From assembly GCA_963764705.1 (NCBI GenBank), contig CAVXTR010000004.1, positions 263,752-327,751 of the forward strand: a DNA stretch of 64,000 nucleotides, given 5' to 3'. The notes under the pieces are model-generated. The model did no database searches. It saw only the letters and a list, made by a program, of their open reading frames with translations, and had not been told where the DNA came from. Source of the DNA: an uncultured Alphaproteobacteria bacterium. GTDB lineage: Bacteria; Pseudomonadota; Alphaproteobacteria; Rhizobiales; Xanthobacteraceae. This document shows, piece by piece, positions 41,520 through 50,561 of this stretch (position 1 is the first letter of the stretch; each line of letters begins with the position of its first letter). A program made the translations under genes and the position numbers.

Positions 41520-43472
41520 ATGACGCGCCTGCATCGCCTTCTCGCAGTATTGTGGATCCTCTCCCTGACCCCCGGTCTCGCCACCGCCGCCCGCGCCTAC
41601 GCCGTCGCGCCGGTGGGCGACGTGGAAGCTCTCGGCTTCTCGTCGTCGCGGCTGGCGCGGATCGGGGCCTGGCAGCAGACGCAGGTCGATGCCGGCGGCT
41701 TCTCCGGCGCGGTGGCGGCGATCGCGCGCAACGGCAAGGTCGCGTATCTGCGCGCCGTCGGCTTTCGCGACCGGGCCAAGACCGTCCCGCTGCCATCGGA
41801 CGCGATCTTCTGGATCGCCTCGATGACCAAGCCGGTCACCAGTGTCGCCGCGATGATGCTGGTGGAGGAGAGCAAGCTCGACCTCGCAGCGCCGGTTCAC
41901 CAATATCTGCCCGAGCTCAGGGATATGATGGTCGGCGTCGAGACGGCCGACCCGGCCAGCGGAACGCGCAAGCTCGCGCTCGAGCCGCAGAAGCGACCGA
42001 TGACGGTCGAGGACCTGCTGCGCCACACCGCCGGCCTGATCTATGGTGTCGATGGCACGATGGTGAGCCGGTTGTACGGGGGTCTCTATGGCCCGAACGG
42101 TGTGTACCGTCGCGACAAGACCCTCGCCGATTTCGTCGCCGGCCTTGCGAGGCTGCCGCTTGCGCATCAGCCGGGCGAGGTGTGGGACTACGGTATTTCC
42201 GTCGACGTGCTCTCGCGCGTCGTCGAGGTGGCTTCCGGCCAACCGTTCGACCAGTTCCTGGAGACACGCCTGTTCAAGCCGCTGAACATGGTCGACACCG
42301 GCTTTTATGTGCCGGCAGCCAAGCTTTCACGCCTGGTCGATCCGCCTGCCGGGCCTGCCGGCGGCCGGATCGGGCCACCGGACAGCGTGCTGGCCGATGT
42401 CACCATGCCGACCAGACTGTTCGCCGGCGGTGGTGGATTGGTGTCGACGGCATCAGATTATCTGCGGTTCGGCCAGATGCTGCTCAACGGCGGCGAACTC
42501 GATGGCGTCCGCATCCTTGCGCCCGCCACCGTGAAGCGGATGACCACGAATGCACTGCCATCAGGCATTCGTTTCGCCGGCTATGTCAGCGGCCTCGTCG
42601 GGCCGCAGGCCGGCACGACCTGGGGACTGGGCTTTGCCATTCGCAGCGACGCGGCGTGGAGCACCGTGCCTGGGTCGGTTGGCAGCTTTAGCTGGATGGG
42701 CACGTCGGGCACCTATTTCTGGGTCGATCCGGCAGAGCAACTGGTTGCCGTGCAAATGATCGACGCGGCTCCGAACACGAGCCTGCCGTTCCTGCGGGCG
42801 TTTCGCAATCTTACCTATGGCGCCTTCGGCATTCCCGGCCAGGGTGTGGCGGCATCAGCCGCGCCGGTGACGATCGACGCGGCCACGCTCGCGGCCTATG
42901 CGGGCACCTATTCGTTCTCTACGATCAGTTCGCGCGACATCCAGGCGCCGCCCGAGTTCGGCGGCCTCGGCGTCAATGTCGCCGTCGAGCATGGGCTCAT
43001 CAAGGTCGTGTCTGCGATCCCAGGCATGCCCGCCGCCAAAGCCGGCATCATCTCCGGTGACATCATCACCCATCTCGACGACGCGGCGGTTCAGGGGATT
43101 TCCCTCAGCCAGTCGATCGAGAAGATGCGTGGGCCGGTCGACACCAAGGTCCGTCTCAGGATCGTGCGCAAGGGGCAGGACGGGCCGATCGAAATGCCGC
43201 TGGTCCGCGCGCGGATCCGGGTACAAGGCGCGGCCGATCTGCAGGTCGCGGTCAAGGACGGCAAGCTTCTGATCGAGGCCAACGGAATGCTTCCGGTGCT
43301 CGATTTCGAGAAAGGCGTGCCGGTCGCGGTCGTCCCCGCGTCGCGCAACGGGTTCTTCGTCGATGGCGGCGACCACACACGCCTGGCGTTCCTGAGCGAC
43401 GGCGGCGGCAAGACGACCGGTATGGTGCTCAATCCGGGACCGTGGCAGGTCACAGGCCGGCGGATCGACTGA
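41520..43472 (+). CDS. Exported serine hydrolase (beta-lactamase class C fold) with PDZ domain
   Basis: Signal peptide, SMTK (SxxK), LLRHTAG, WDYG, WVDP; C-terminal FGGLG…PAAKAGI…GDII PDZ. Confidence 0.88.
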   Translation: MTRLHRLLAVLWILSLTPGLATAARAYAVAPVGDVEALGFSSSRLARIGAWQQTQVDAGGFSGAVAAIARNGKVAYLRAVGFRDRAKTVPLPSDAIFWIASMTKPVTSVAAMMLVEESKLDLAAPVHQYLPELRDMMVGVETADPASGTRKLALEPQKRPMTVEDLLRHTAGLIYGVDGTMVSRLYGGLYGPNGVYRRDKTLADFVAGLARLPLAHQPGEVWDYGISVDVLSRVVEVASGQPFDQFLETRLFKPLNMVDTGFYVPAAKLSRLVDPPAGPAGGRIGPPDSVLADVTMPTRLFAGGGGLVSTASDYLRFGQMLLNGGELDGVRILAPATVKRMTTNALPSGIRFAGYVSGLVGPQAGTTWGLGFAIRSDAAWSTVPGSVGSFSWMGTSGTYFWVDPAEQLVAVQMIDAAPNTSLPFLRAFRNLTYGAFGIPGQGVAASAAPVTIDAATLAAYAGTYSFSTISSRDIQAPPEFGGLGVNVAVEHGLIKVVSAIPGMPAAKAGIISGDIITHLDDAAVQGISLSQSIEKMRGPVDTKVRLRIVRKGQDGPIEMPLVRARIRVQGAADLQVAVKDGKLLIEANGMLPVLDFEKGVPVAVVPASRNGFFVDGGDHTRLAFLSDGGGKTTGMVLNPGPWQVTGRRID

Positions 43473-43529
43473 GGGCACGCAAGATCATGTGATCGGAAAC
43501 GCAGGAATTCCTGCATCGCGGTGTCATGC

Positions 43530-43564
43530 CCGGCTTCAGGCCGACGCCAGTTACGCCGTTGCAA
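43530..43564. repeat. 35-bp direct repeat, left copy (right copy 45564-45598)
   Basis: ccggcttcaggccgacgccagttacgccgttgcaa vs ccggcttcaggccgacgcctgttgtgccgttgcaa, 32/35 identical. Confidence 0.8.
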
Positions 43565-43621
43565 TACTGCCATGAGGCAGCAAATGGCCAAGCCAAATCA
43601 GGCGCTGAGCCTCCCTGTCGA

Positions 43622-44554
43622 TCAATGGAACATGGTGGCGACGCATTCCTCGACCTGGGCCTTGCGGCCGGGGATATCCGTCAGGAACTGGAATCCGCTA
43701 AATCGCTCGACCACCTTGACCGTGGTGCGGAAGCCCTTGAGGTATTCCAGCGCGTCCTTGTCCTCGAACGGGCGGTGGTCGATGTTGGGCAGGACATAGG
43801 CATTGGCCCGCTTGGACGACGGATCATAGAGAATCTTGAAAAGTCCGACCGGCACGGCGACGCCGTCATCGCATTTGGCCTTGCCGCCGCAGATCGCAGC
43901 CCGCTTCGGCGCTTCGAACTTGATCTCGGTTTTGCAGGCGTTGTTCTTCTTGGTAATCTCGGGGATGTTGCCGTCTTCGTCGGGATAGATCGGACCGGTG
44001 ATGACGTAGAGCTCGCCGCGGTCCTTGGTCAGCTTGCGCACCAGCAGCTCGAACTCCTTCCAGATGCCGCGGTTGAAGCCGAGCCCCTGCTGCGGCACGG
44101 CGTTGGAGAGAAAGAAGCTCTCATCCATCAAAGCTCCGCTCGAACTGAAGTCGGCCGACGCGGCCTGGTGTCCGCGATCCATCTTGCTGTTGGTGTAATC
44201 CTTGTCCTGGGCCTGCGCCGCCGGACAGACCGCCGGTTCGGCCGAGAATTTCTTGCCCTCCGGCCGGGTGTTGCTGCCGCTCACCTGCTTTTTGGTCAGC
44301 GGTTCAATCACCCAGTCCGGCGTCTTGTTCTCGTTGTTGTGCAGCAGCACGTAACGGGTGTGGCAGACGATGGTGGCGTCGACGTCGTCGGCGGAGGTGG
44401 GCAAACCGATTTTTTCCCAAAGCGGGCGGCAGGCTTTTGGGTCGTTCTCGGGTTTGGCCGGAGCGTCCTCTCCTTCGCAAACCTCGGCGCGTGCGGATTG
44501 ACACAGCGCCAGTCCGAGCAGCGCAAGACCAAGGGCGCGCGTAAGTTTTGACAT
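43622..44554 (-). CDS. Secreted DNA/RNA non-specific endonuclease (NucA/EndoG, DRGH type)
   Basis: Signal peptide, KTPDWV, MDRGHQA, SFFLSNAVPQ…FNRGIW, YVITGP, VPVGLFK. Confidence 0.92.
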   Translation of the reverse strand: MSKLTRALGLALLGLALCQSARAEVCEGEDAPAKPENDPKACRPLWEKIGLPTSADDVDATIVCHTRYVLLHNNENKTPDWVIEPLTKKQVSGSNTRPEGKKFSAEPAVCPAAQAQDKDYTNSKMDRGHQAASADFSSSGALMDESFFLSNAVPQQGLGFNRGIWKEFELLVRKLTKDRGELYVITGPIYPDEDGNIPEITKKNNACKTEIKFEAPKRAAICGGKAKCDDGVAVPVGLFKILYDPSSKRANAYVLPNIDHRPFEDKDALEYLKGFRTTVKVVERFSGFQFLTDIPGRKAQVEECVATMFH

Positions 44555-44581
44555 GATCAGGCTCCTGTCGGGCGTTCGCGG

Positions 44582-44971
44582 CTATTCGGCGTTCGCGACC
44601 TTCCTTCTCGTCCGCGGTGCCGGCGGCGCCGCCGGCTTGCGTTCCGACGCCGTCACGGTTTTCGAGACGACATAGGTGCCGCCGCTGATGCCGAGCAGCG
44701 CCAGCACATTGCCGGGAATCTCGATCAGCGTGCCGGCCTCGATGCAGAGCAGCAGATAGAGACCGGCGATGACGAAGGTGAAGATCAGGAATTGAAAACG
44801 CGACAGGCTGGCCTTCGGCTCGTCGGTCACGCCCGGAACGGGTGGCTCGGACAGTAGTCCCCGCAGCGCATCGGGGTCCCGGAAGATTTTCCAGAGCACC
44901 AGCGCGGCAAATCCCAACAGAATGATCGAAATAACGACGAAGCCCCACCAGGAAATCCATTGTGCAGTCAT
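44582..44971 (-). CDS. Three-TM hypothetical membrane protein
   Basis: SLSRFQFLIFTFVIAGLYL, IPGNVLALLGISGGTYVVSK; SD ggggag. Confidence 0.75.
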   Translation of the reverse strand: MTAQWISWWGFVVISIILLGFAALVLWKIFRDPDALRGLLSEPPVPGVTDEPKASLSRFQFLIFTFVIAGLYLLLCIEAGTLIEIPGNVLALLGISGGTYVVSKTVTASERKPAAPPAPRTRRKVANAE

Positions 44972-44985
44972 AATGCTTCTCCCCC

Positions 44986-45318
44986 TCAGCCCCGCCGGGC
45001 GATCTTGCCTGCCAGATAAAGTCCGTTGCCTCCCGTCAGCAGCGACACGATGCTCTCGGGTAAATCGGGCATCGAAAATCCGGTCGCCGTCTTCACGATT
45101 CCCGTGTTCATCGCATCGATGGTGTAGAAAGCCAGCACTGCGGGAACGATGGCCATTGCGAGCACACGCTCGGGGGCGACATTGTCATTGCCGGTGTCCG
45201 GCACGAGCATTCCGCTGTTTGCGATGTCGTCGGTGAGAACCCGGACCATGACCAGCATCGCGAGAGCGCCGAACCAGGCCAGCAAGCCGAATTCAAGAAA
45301 TCGAACGACCGGCGTCAT
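44986..45318 (-). CDS. Three-TM hypothetical membrane protein, paralog-like to 44582-44971
   Basis: PERVLAMAIVPAVLAFY, LPESIVSLLTGGNGLYLAGK; 14-nt gap to next gene. Confidence 0.7.
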   Translation of the reverse strand: MTPVVRFLEFGLLAWFGALAMLVMVRVLTDDIANSGMLVPDTGNDNVAPERVLAMAIVPAVLAFYTIDAMNTGIVKTATGFSMPDLPESIVSLLTGGNGLYLAGKIARRG

Positions 45319-45369
45319 CTATCCCCAGCTCCCCAGCCAAGCGTCGTATGCGTCCCGCCGCCATAACGG

Positions 45370-45560
45370 TCAGGCGCGAAGATCGTCCGGCCCCTGCGTG
45401 ACCTCGCCAGCCCTGACAATGTCGAGATGAATTCCGCCGCAGTGCGTGCACCGCATGGTCCAGTATTCGGCGTCGGCGCGGCCGGGGATGATGCGCAGCA
45501 GCGCCAGCCCGGCGTCGCAATCCGGGCAATTGGTCAGCCTGGCAGGCCGTTCGGCCGATG
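45370..45560 (-). CDS. Small zinc-ribbon protein (start codon uncertain)
   Basis: CPDC…CTHC pairs (TNCPDCDAGLALLRIIPGRADAEYWTMRCTHCGGIHLDIV). Confidence 0.6.
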
Positions 45561-45563
45561 CTT

Positions 45564-45598
45564 CCGGCTTCAGGCCGACGCCTGTTGTGCCGTTGCAA
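45564..45598. repeat. 35-bp direct repeat, right copy
   Basis: Matches 43530-43564; overlaps the stop codon of 45570-45797. Confidence 0.8.
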
Positions 45599-45797
45599 AC
45601 CGCGGCTTGAAGCGATCGATATGGGCTTTCGCGTCCGCGATCGCCGCTTCCGGATCCGACCAGGCGAAGCCGACTTCGAGCCTCGGAAACGACAGGCCAT
45701 CGATCACCACCGGTTCCAGATCGACCCGTTGAATCCTGGCGTGCCATAGCCCTCTCCCCGCTTCGAACGACTGAATTTCAAAGCCGCCATAGATCAT
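45570..45797 (-). CDS. Small hypothetical protein
   Basis: 75 aa, SD gggag; WHARIQR…AIADAKAHID. Confidence 0.65.
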   Translation of the reverse strand: MIYGGFEIQSFEAGRGLWHARIQRVDLEPVVIDGLSFPRLEVGFAWSDPEAAIADAKAHIDRFKPRFATAQQASA

Positions 45798-45911
45798 GGC
45801 GCATCTCCCGGATTTGCCCTGGGTCAGGAGAGCATGGCGCGCCAGCAGCCGATGTGAACCAGTTCACATCTCCCGGTATTTTTCCGGGGAGGGGGCGGGA
45901 GCCTGCCGAAA

Positions 45912-47135
45912 TCAGCCGCGCGCCAGAATATGATCGGCGAGCACGGCTGCGTCGTCGCCGACACCTGACAGGAACGAGGAATTCATCTTCGACAGCCATG
46001 GCAGGCCGAGGAAGTAGAGTCCCGGCACAACGGTAATGCCGTCCTGGTGAACCGCGTCGCCGTTGGCGTCCTTCATTGGGATATCGATCCAGCCGAAGTC
46101 GACGCGGTAGCCGGTGGCCCAGATCACCGCGCCGATATTTTCAGCACCGAGATCGAGGCGTTGCCACGGTTCGGTGACGCAAAGCGGGTCGACAAGCGCC
46201 ACGCGGGCACCGGGTTCGTCGGGCAGATCCAGGCCATGCAGCTTGATGTAGCCGTCGACGATGTTGAGAAAGGCGGTATAGACCAGATCGCCGTCGGCCA
46301 TGCTTTGGGCCAGCCCGGGCGCGATCTCGATCACCCCGTCATGCGCGGCGTTCAGATGTCCCAGCAGCGTCATTCCATCGGCGACGTAGCTGCGGAAGTC
46401 GATGGTCCGGCCACCATAGGCGCCCGAGATCACCGGGCCCAAGGCCGAGGCGCCGCGCTGTGCGGTCGGGGTCTGGTCGATGCCCATCTCGGCGAGCCAC
46501 CAGATCAGGTCGCGGCCGCGGTAACGGCGCGGCAGTCGGCGGTGTCTTCCGATCGAGAGATAGACGCGGCGGCCGGCGCCAAGCAACTCCTCGGCGATCT
46601 GCGCGCCCGACGCGCCGGCGCCTGCCACCAGCACGGCGCCCGGCGGAAGCTGTTCGGGATTCCGGTATCCGGAGGCATGGACCTGAAACACCGGATGATC
46701 GCGCAGCAGGTCCGGGATCAGGGCGCGCTGATAGGGGCCGGTGGCGACGACGACATTGTTGGCCGCGATCGTACCATCGGCGGTCTCGGCGATAAAACCC
46801 TGCGCGTCGTCACGCCGCCGCAGCCGCGTCACCTCGACGCCGCAGCGGATCGGAGGTGCTACCAATGCCGCATAGGCGTCGATGAATTTCACAATCTCGG
46901 CGGTTGTGGCGAAGGCATCCGGGTCGGTGTGCGGAAACGGAAAATCCGGCAACCGTACCGACCAGTTCGGAAACTGGAATTTCAAGCCGTCCCAGCGCTC
47001 GCTGCGCCAGCGTTCGGCGACCCGCAAGCGTTCCAGCACCAGGTGGGAGAGTCCGCGCTGCTTGAGCCGGTGGCTCATGACAAGGCCGGCCTGGCCACCG
47101 CCGATGATCAGGGTTTCGACCTGCTCAACCGGCAT
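45912..47135 (-). CDS. Flavin-containing monooxygenase-like NAD(P)/FAD oxidoreductase
   Basis: GGGQAG, RWDGL, VVATG, GAGASGAQIAEE, IWATGY. Confidence 0.88.
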   Translation of the reverse strand: MPVEQVETLIIGGGQAGLVMSHRLKQRGLSHLVLERLRVAERWRSERWDGLKFQFPNWSVRLPDFPFPHTDPDAFATTAEIVKFIDAYAALVAPPIRCGVEVTRLRRRDDAQGFIAETADGTIAANNVVVATGPYQRALIPDLLRDHPVFQVHASGYRNPEQLPPGAVLVAGAGASGAQIAEELLGAGRRVYLSIGRHRRLPRRYRGRDLIWWLAEMGIDQTPTAQRGASALGPVISGAYGGRTIDFRSYVADGMTLLGHLNAAHDGVIEIAPGLAQSMADGDLVYTAFLNIVDGYIKLHGLDLPDEPGARVALVDPLCVTEPWQRLDLGAENIGAVIWATGYRVDFGWIDIPMKDANGDAVHQDGITVVPGLYFLGLPWLSKMNSSFLSGVGDDAAVLADHILARG

Positions 47136-48030
47136 GGCGCGCGCCCTTGCGGCGTCCGGCCGGCTCTGCCGCCGCGCGGATGATCCAGCGCCGGAACGCG
47201 GCGAAGTCGCGCTGCTCGGTACGGATGCTGCGATAGACCAGATACCAGCGCATGCCTTTGGGGACACTCATCGCAAACGGCGCGACCAACCGTCCGGCGG
47301 CGAGGTCGTCGTCGATATAGGGGCGGATGCCCATGGCGATGCCGAGCCCGTCGACCGCGGCCTGCAGCGCCTGGCCGTAGAACTGAAACTCCGGCCCGCG
47401 CGCGCTGACGCGGGCGACGCCGGCGGCCTTCAGCCATGACGGCCAATCGTCCGGCGAATGCGCGACGCGCAATAATGTCGGCCCCTTGAGGTCGCCGGGG
47501 CGCTTCAGCGCGCTGGCCAGCCGCGGCGCACAGACGGGGGTGAGGTCGGCGGCGAATAACGGCTCGGCGATCAGGCCCGGCCATTCGCCGTCGCCGAGCT
47601 TGATGCCGCAGCTCCAGTCGTCGCCGAACGGGGCCGCGGCGCCGCCGGTGGTGATGCGGACCTCGATGTCGGGTTCTTGTTTGCGAAAATCCACCAGCCG
47701 CGGGATGAACCAGCGCATCGCAAAGGTCGGCCCGACGCCGATGGTCAAAACCCGCGCGCCCGAAGGCGCGGTCACCTGCGCGGTCAGGCTCGCCAGCGCG
47801 TCGAAGATCGGGGTCAGCCCGCTCTGATAGGCGCGACCGGCCAAAGTGGTCTCCAGCCGGTTGGCCTTGCGCTCGAACAGCGCGACGCCGAGCCGCTCCT
47901 CCAGCAGATGCACCATCCGGCTGACCGCCGCCGCCGAGACGTTCAGCTCCAGACCTGCTGCGGCAAAGCTGCCGCTGCGCGCCGCCGCCTCGAATGCTTT
48001 GATGCCGTTGAGAAAGAGCAGCCGCCGCAC
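47125..48030 (-). CDS. LysR family regulator (GcvA-like)
   Basis: AFEAAARSGSF HTH, LEERLGVALFER, GLGIA. Confidence 0.9.
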   Translation of the reverse strand: MRRLLFLNGIKAFEAAARSGSFAAAGLELNVSAAAVSRMVHLLEERLGVALFERKANRLETTLAGRAYQSGLTPIFDALASLTAQVTAPSGARVLTIGVGPTFAMRWFIPRLVDFRKQEPDIEVRITTGGAAAPFGDDWSCGIKLGDGEWPGLIAEPLFAADLTPVCAPRLASALKRPGDLKGPTLLRVAHSPDDWPSWLKAAGVARVSARGPEFQFYGQALQAAVDGLGIAMGIRPYIDDDLAAGRLVAPFAMSVPKGMRWYLVYRSIRTEQRDFAAFRRWIIRAAAEPAGRRKGARHAG

Positions 48031-48123
48031 GTAACCCTCAGGAAAACTGATGCCAGGGCAAGATAACTCGGTTTGCACGATCCGTCCAAGCGCGGCACAA
48101 ATAAAAACTGGAGAATCGATCCA

Positions 48124-48885
48124 ATGACGCCGCTTCTGATCACCGCGCTCGGCCTGCTGATGGTCGCGACAGCCTTTCTGTCGGGCCTGTTCGGCATGGC
48201 CGGCGGCATGATCCTGATCGGCGTGCTCCTGACCTTCATGCCGCTACCCACCGCGATGGTGCTGCACGCGATCACGCAGATGGCGTCGAACGGCTGGCGC
48301 GCCTTCCTGTGGCGCGCGCATATCCGCTGGCGACCGGTATCGGTCTATCTGATCGGCTGTGCGCTGGCGCTCGGCCTGTGGTCGCTCACCCGCTATGTGC
48401 CGGACAAGCCGATCGCGCTGCTGCTGCTCGGCATCACCCCGTTCATGGCGCGGCTGATGCCGAAGGATATCAAGCCCAATCCGGACAGCGTCTGGCAGGG
48501 CACGTTCTACGGCACGGTCTGCATGGGGCTGATGCTGATGACCGGCGTCTCCGGCCCGCTGCTGGACACGTTCTTTCTCGGCGGCAGTTTCGGCCGTCGC
48601 GAGATCGTCGCCACCAAGGCCACCTGCCAGGTCGCCAGCCATTTCACCAAGCTGATCTACTTCGGCGGCATCATCGACCAGGCCGCCTCGCTCGATCCGG
48701 TACTCGCGGGCATCGCGATCGCGGCCTCGATGCTCGGCACCACGCTGGCGCGGCGGATCCTGGAAGCCATGAGCGACCAGCAATTTCGCAGTTGGGCGAA
48801 CCGGCTGATCACCACCGTCGCCAGTTATTACATTCTCTATGGCGGCTGGCTGCTGCTGTCGCGCTCCACCGCCTTTGCCTTTTGA
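48124..48885 (+). CDS. TSUP / TauE-SafE family membrane protein
   Basis: SGLFGMAGG, TGVSGP, ~8 TM; divergent from LysR. Confidence 0.85.
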   Translation: MTPLLITALGLLMVATAFLSGLFGMAGGMILIGVLLTFMPLPTAMVLHAITQMASNGWRAFLWRAHIRWRPVSVYLIGCALALGLWSLTRYVPDKPIALLLLGITPFMARLMPKDIKPNPDSVWQGTFYGTVCMGLMLMTGVSGPLLDTFFLGGSFGRREIVATKATCQVASHFTKLIYFGGIIDQAASLDPVLAGIAIAASMLGTTLARRILEAMSDQQFRSWANRLITTVASYYILYGGWLLLSRSTAFAF

Positions 48886-48906
48886 TACGGGAGAGGAGAA
48901 CGTCCG

Positions 48907-49140
48907 ATGACCGATCCATCAGACCCGTTGGTGCTGGATCTCGTCGAATGGGTCGCGCGCGAGCCGAGGCTTTACGCTGACGTGATCGACACCTGGCGTA
49001 CCTCATGCCCGCGTTTGACGATCTGGGAGGATGCGGTCGATCGCGGCTATGTCGTGCGGCGGTCGACCGTCGAGGGGTTGCGCGTCACGGTCACCGAGGG
49101 CGGCGCGAAGTTTTTGCGTGAGCACGGCCGCGTCGGCTGA
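48907..49140 (+). CDS. Small hypothetical protein (winged-helix-like)
   Basis: 77 aa, SD gaggag; WRTSCPRLTIWEDA. Confidence 0.7.
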   Translation: MTDPSDPLVLDLVEWVAREPRLYADVIDTWRTSCPRLTIWEDAVDRGYVVRRSTVEGLRVTVTEGGAKFLREHGRVG

Positions 49141-49177
49141 CCCGTGCATTCGATCATTCCTCGATAGAGGCTGCCAC

Positions 49178-49919
49178 ATGAACAGCCCGAAACCTGCCCT
49201 CACTGGTCTGGGCGATGTGAAAGCGATTGCCTTCGATATTCAGGGGACGTGCGTAGACTTTTATCGCCCCATTCTTCGCATGGGAGCGCAGGTAAATCGG
49301 AGCAAAAATCTCGATCTGGACTGGGCCGCGCTTTCGACCGAATGGCGCGCGATCTATCGTCAGAGCCTCGATGCGGTGATCGAAAATCGGAGACCCTGGA
49401 TAAGGGTGGACGAGATCTACCGTGAAGCACTCGACCTCCTGCTCGAACGCCGCCAACTTTCATCGTTATTCGCTGTTTCCGAGCGAGACCGTATCAACGA
49501 AGTATGGAGCCGGCTCGATCCATGGCCCGACAGTATCGCCGGACTTGCGCGACTGCGACAGAAGTACACGCTGGTCACGCTTTCAAATGCGGGGATGGCG
49601 GCGGTCATAGCGATTGTGAAGAACGCAGCCCTGCCGTTTGACGCGGTGCTGACAGCGGAACTCGCGCGCAGTTACAAACCTTCTCCCGCAGTCTACCAGC
49701 TCGTTACGGACTATCTGATATTGCGACCCGAGCAGAATTCTGCTGGTCGCCTGTCACAAATATGACCTTGCCGCGGCGCGAAAATTCGGGATGCGCACGG
49801 CTTTCGTGGCGCGACCATTGGAGTTCGGCCCAGACATCGCATCGGATACCGCTCGGGAACCCTGGTTCGATGTTTATGTCGAGAGTTTGGTTGAACTGGC
49901 GGAGATCATGAAGGGTTAG
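49178..49919 (+). CDS. Haloacid dehalogenase type II (apparent frameshift near 49736)
   Basis: AFDIQGT, LDPWPD, TLSN, YKPSP; next frame VACHKYDL…FVARPLEFG. Confidence 0.82.
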
Positions 49920-49949
49920 GGGGCGCAAAAACCGGCGGCGGTCTGCACA

Positions 49950-50561
49950 TCACCGCGCCGGTTCGGCGAGCCGCGGCCGGATGATCTCCACCATGCGGTC
50001 GGCCGAGGTGCCCGGCGGAAAGAAGCCGAGATAGTTTCCCTCGCGGTCCATCAGATAGATGTAGGCGGTGTGATCGACGGTGTAATAGCCGTCGGTCGGC
50101 TTGTCGGGATCGACCTTGGCGTAATAGACCTTGTAGGCATCCGCGGCCTTGCGGATCGCCTCGGCGCTGCCGGTGAGGCCGATCAGGCGCGGATGGAACA
50201 TCGGCACATATTCGGCAAGATGTTGCGCGGAGTCGCGCTCGGGATCGACGGTAATGAAGATCGGCTGCACGCTGTCGGCCTCGGCGCCGAGCTTGTCGAG
50301 CGTTTGCCCGATCGCCTGCAGGTCGGTCGGGCAGATGTCGGGGCAAAACGTGAAACCGAAATAGACCAGCATCAGCTTGCCGCGAAAGTCGGTGCTGGTA
50401 CGCGGTTTGCCGGTTTGATCGATGAGTTCAAAGGGGCCGCCGACCGGCTCCCTGTTCCACATCAGGATGTCCATGATCTCCGCCGGCGAGCGCGCGGGCG
50501 CGTCGCCGGCGAATGCCGGCGCCAGCATCAGCCAGAGAATGATGCCGGCACGGAAAATCAT
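49950..50561 (-). CDS. SCO family copper chaperone
   Basis: FGFTFCPDICP (CxxxC), YTVDHT. Confidence 0.92.
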   Translation of the reverse strand: MIFRAGIILWLMLAPAFAGDAPARSPAEIMDILMWNREPVGGPFELIDQTGKPRTSTDFRGKLMLVYFGFTFCPDICPTDLQAIGQTLDKLGAEADSVQPIFITVDPERDSAQHLAEYVPMFHPRLIGLTGSAEAIRKAADAYKVYYAKVDPDKPTDGYYTVDHTAYIYLMDREGNYLGFFPPGTSADRMVEIIRPRLAEPAR

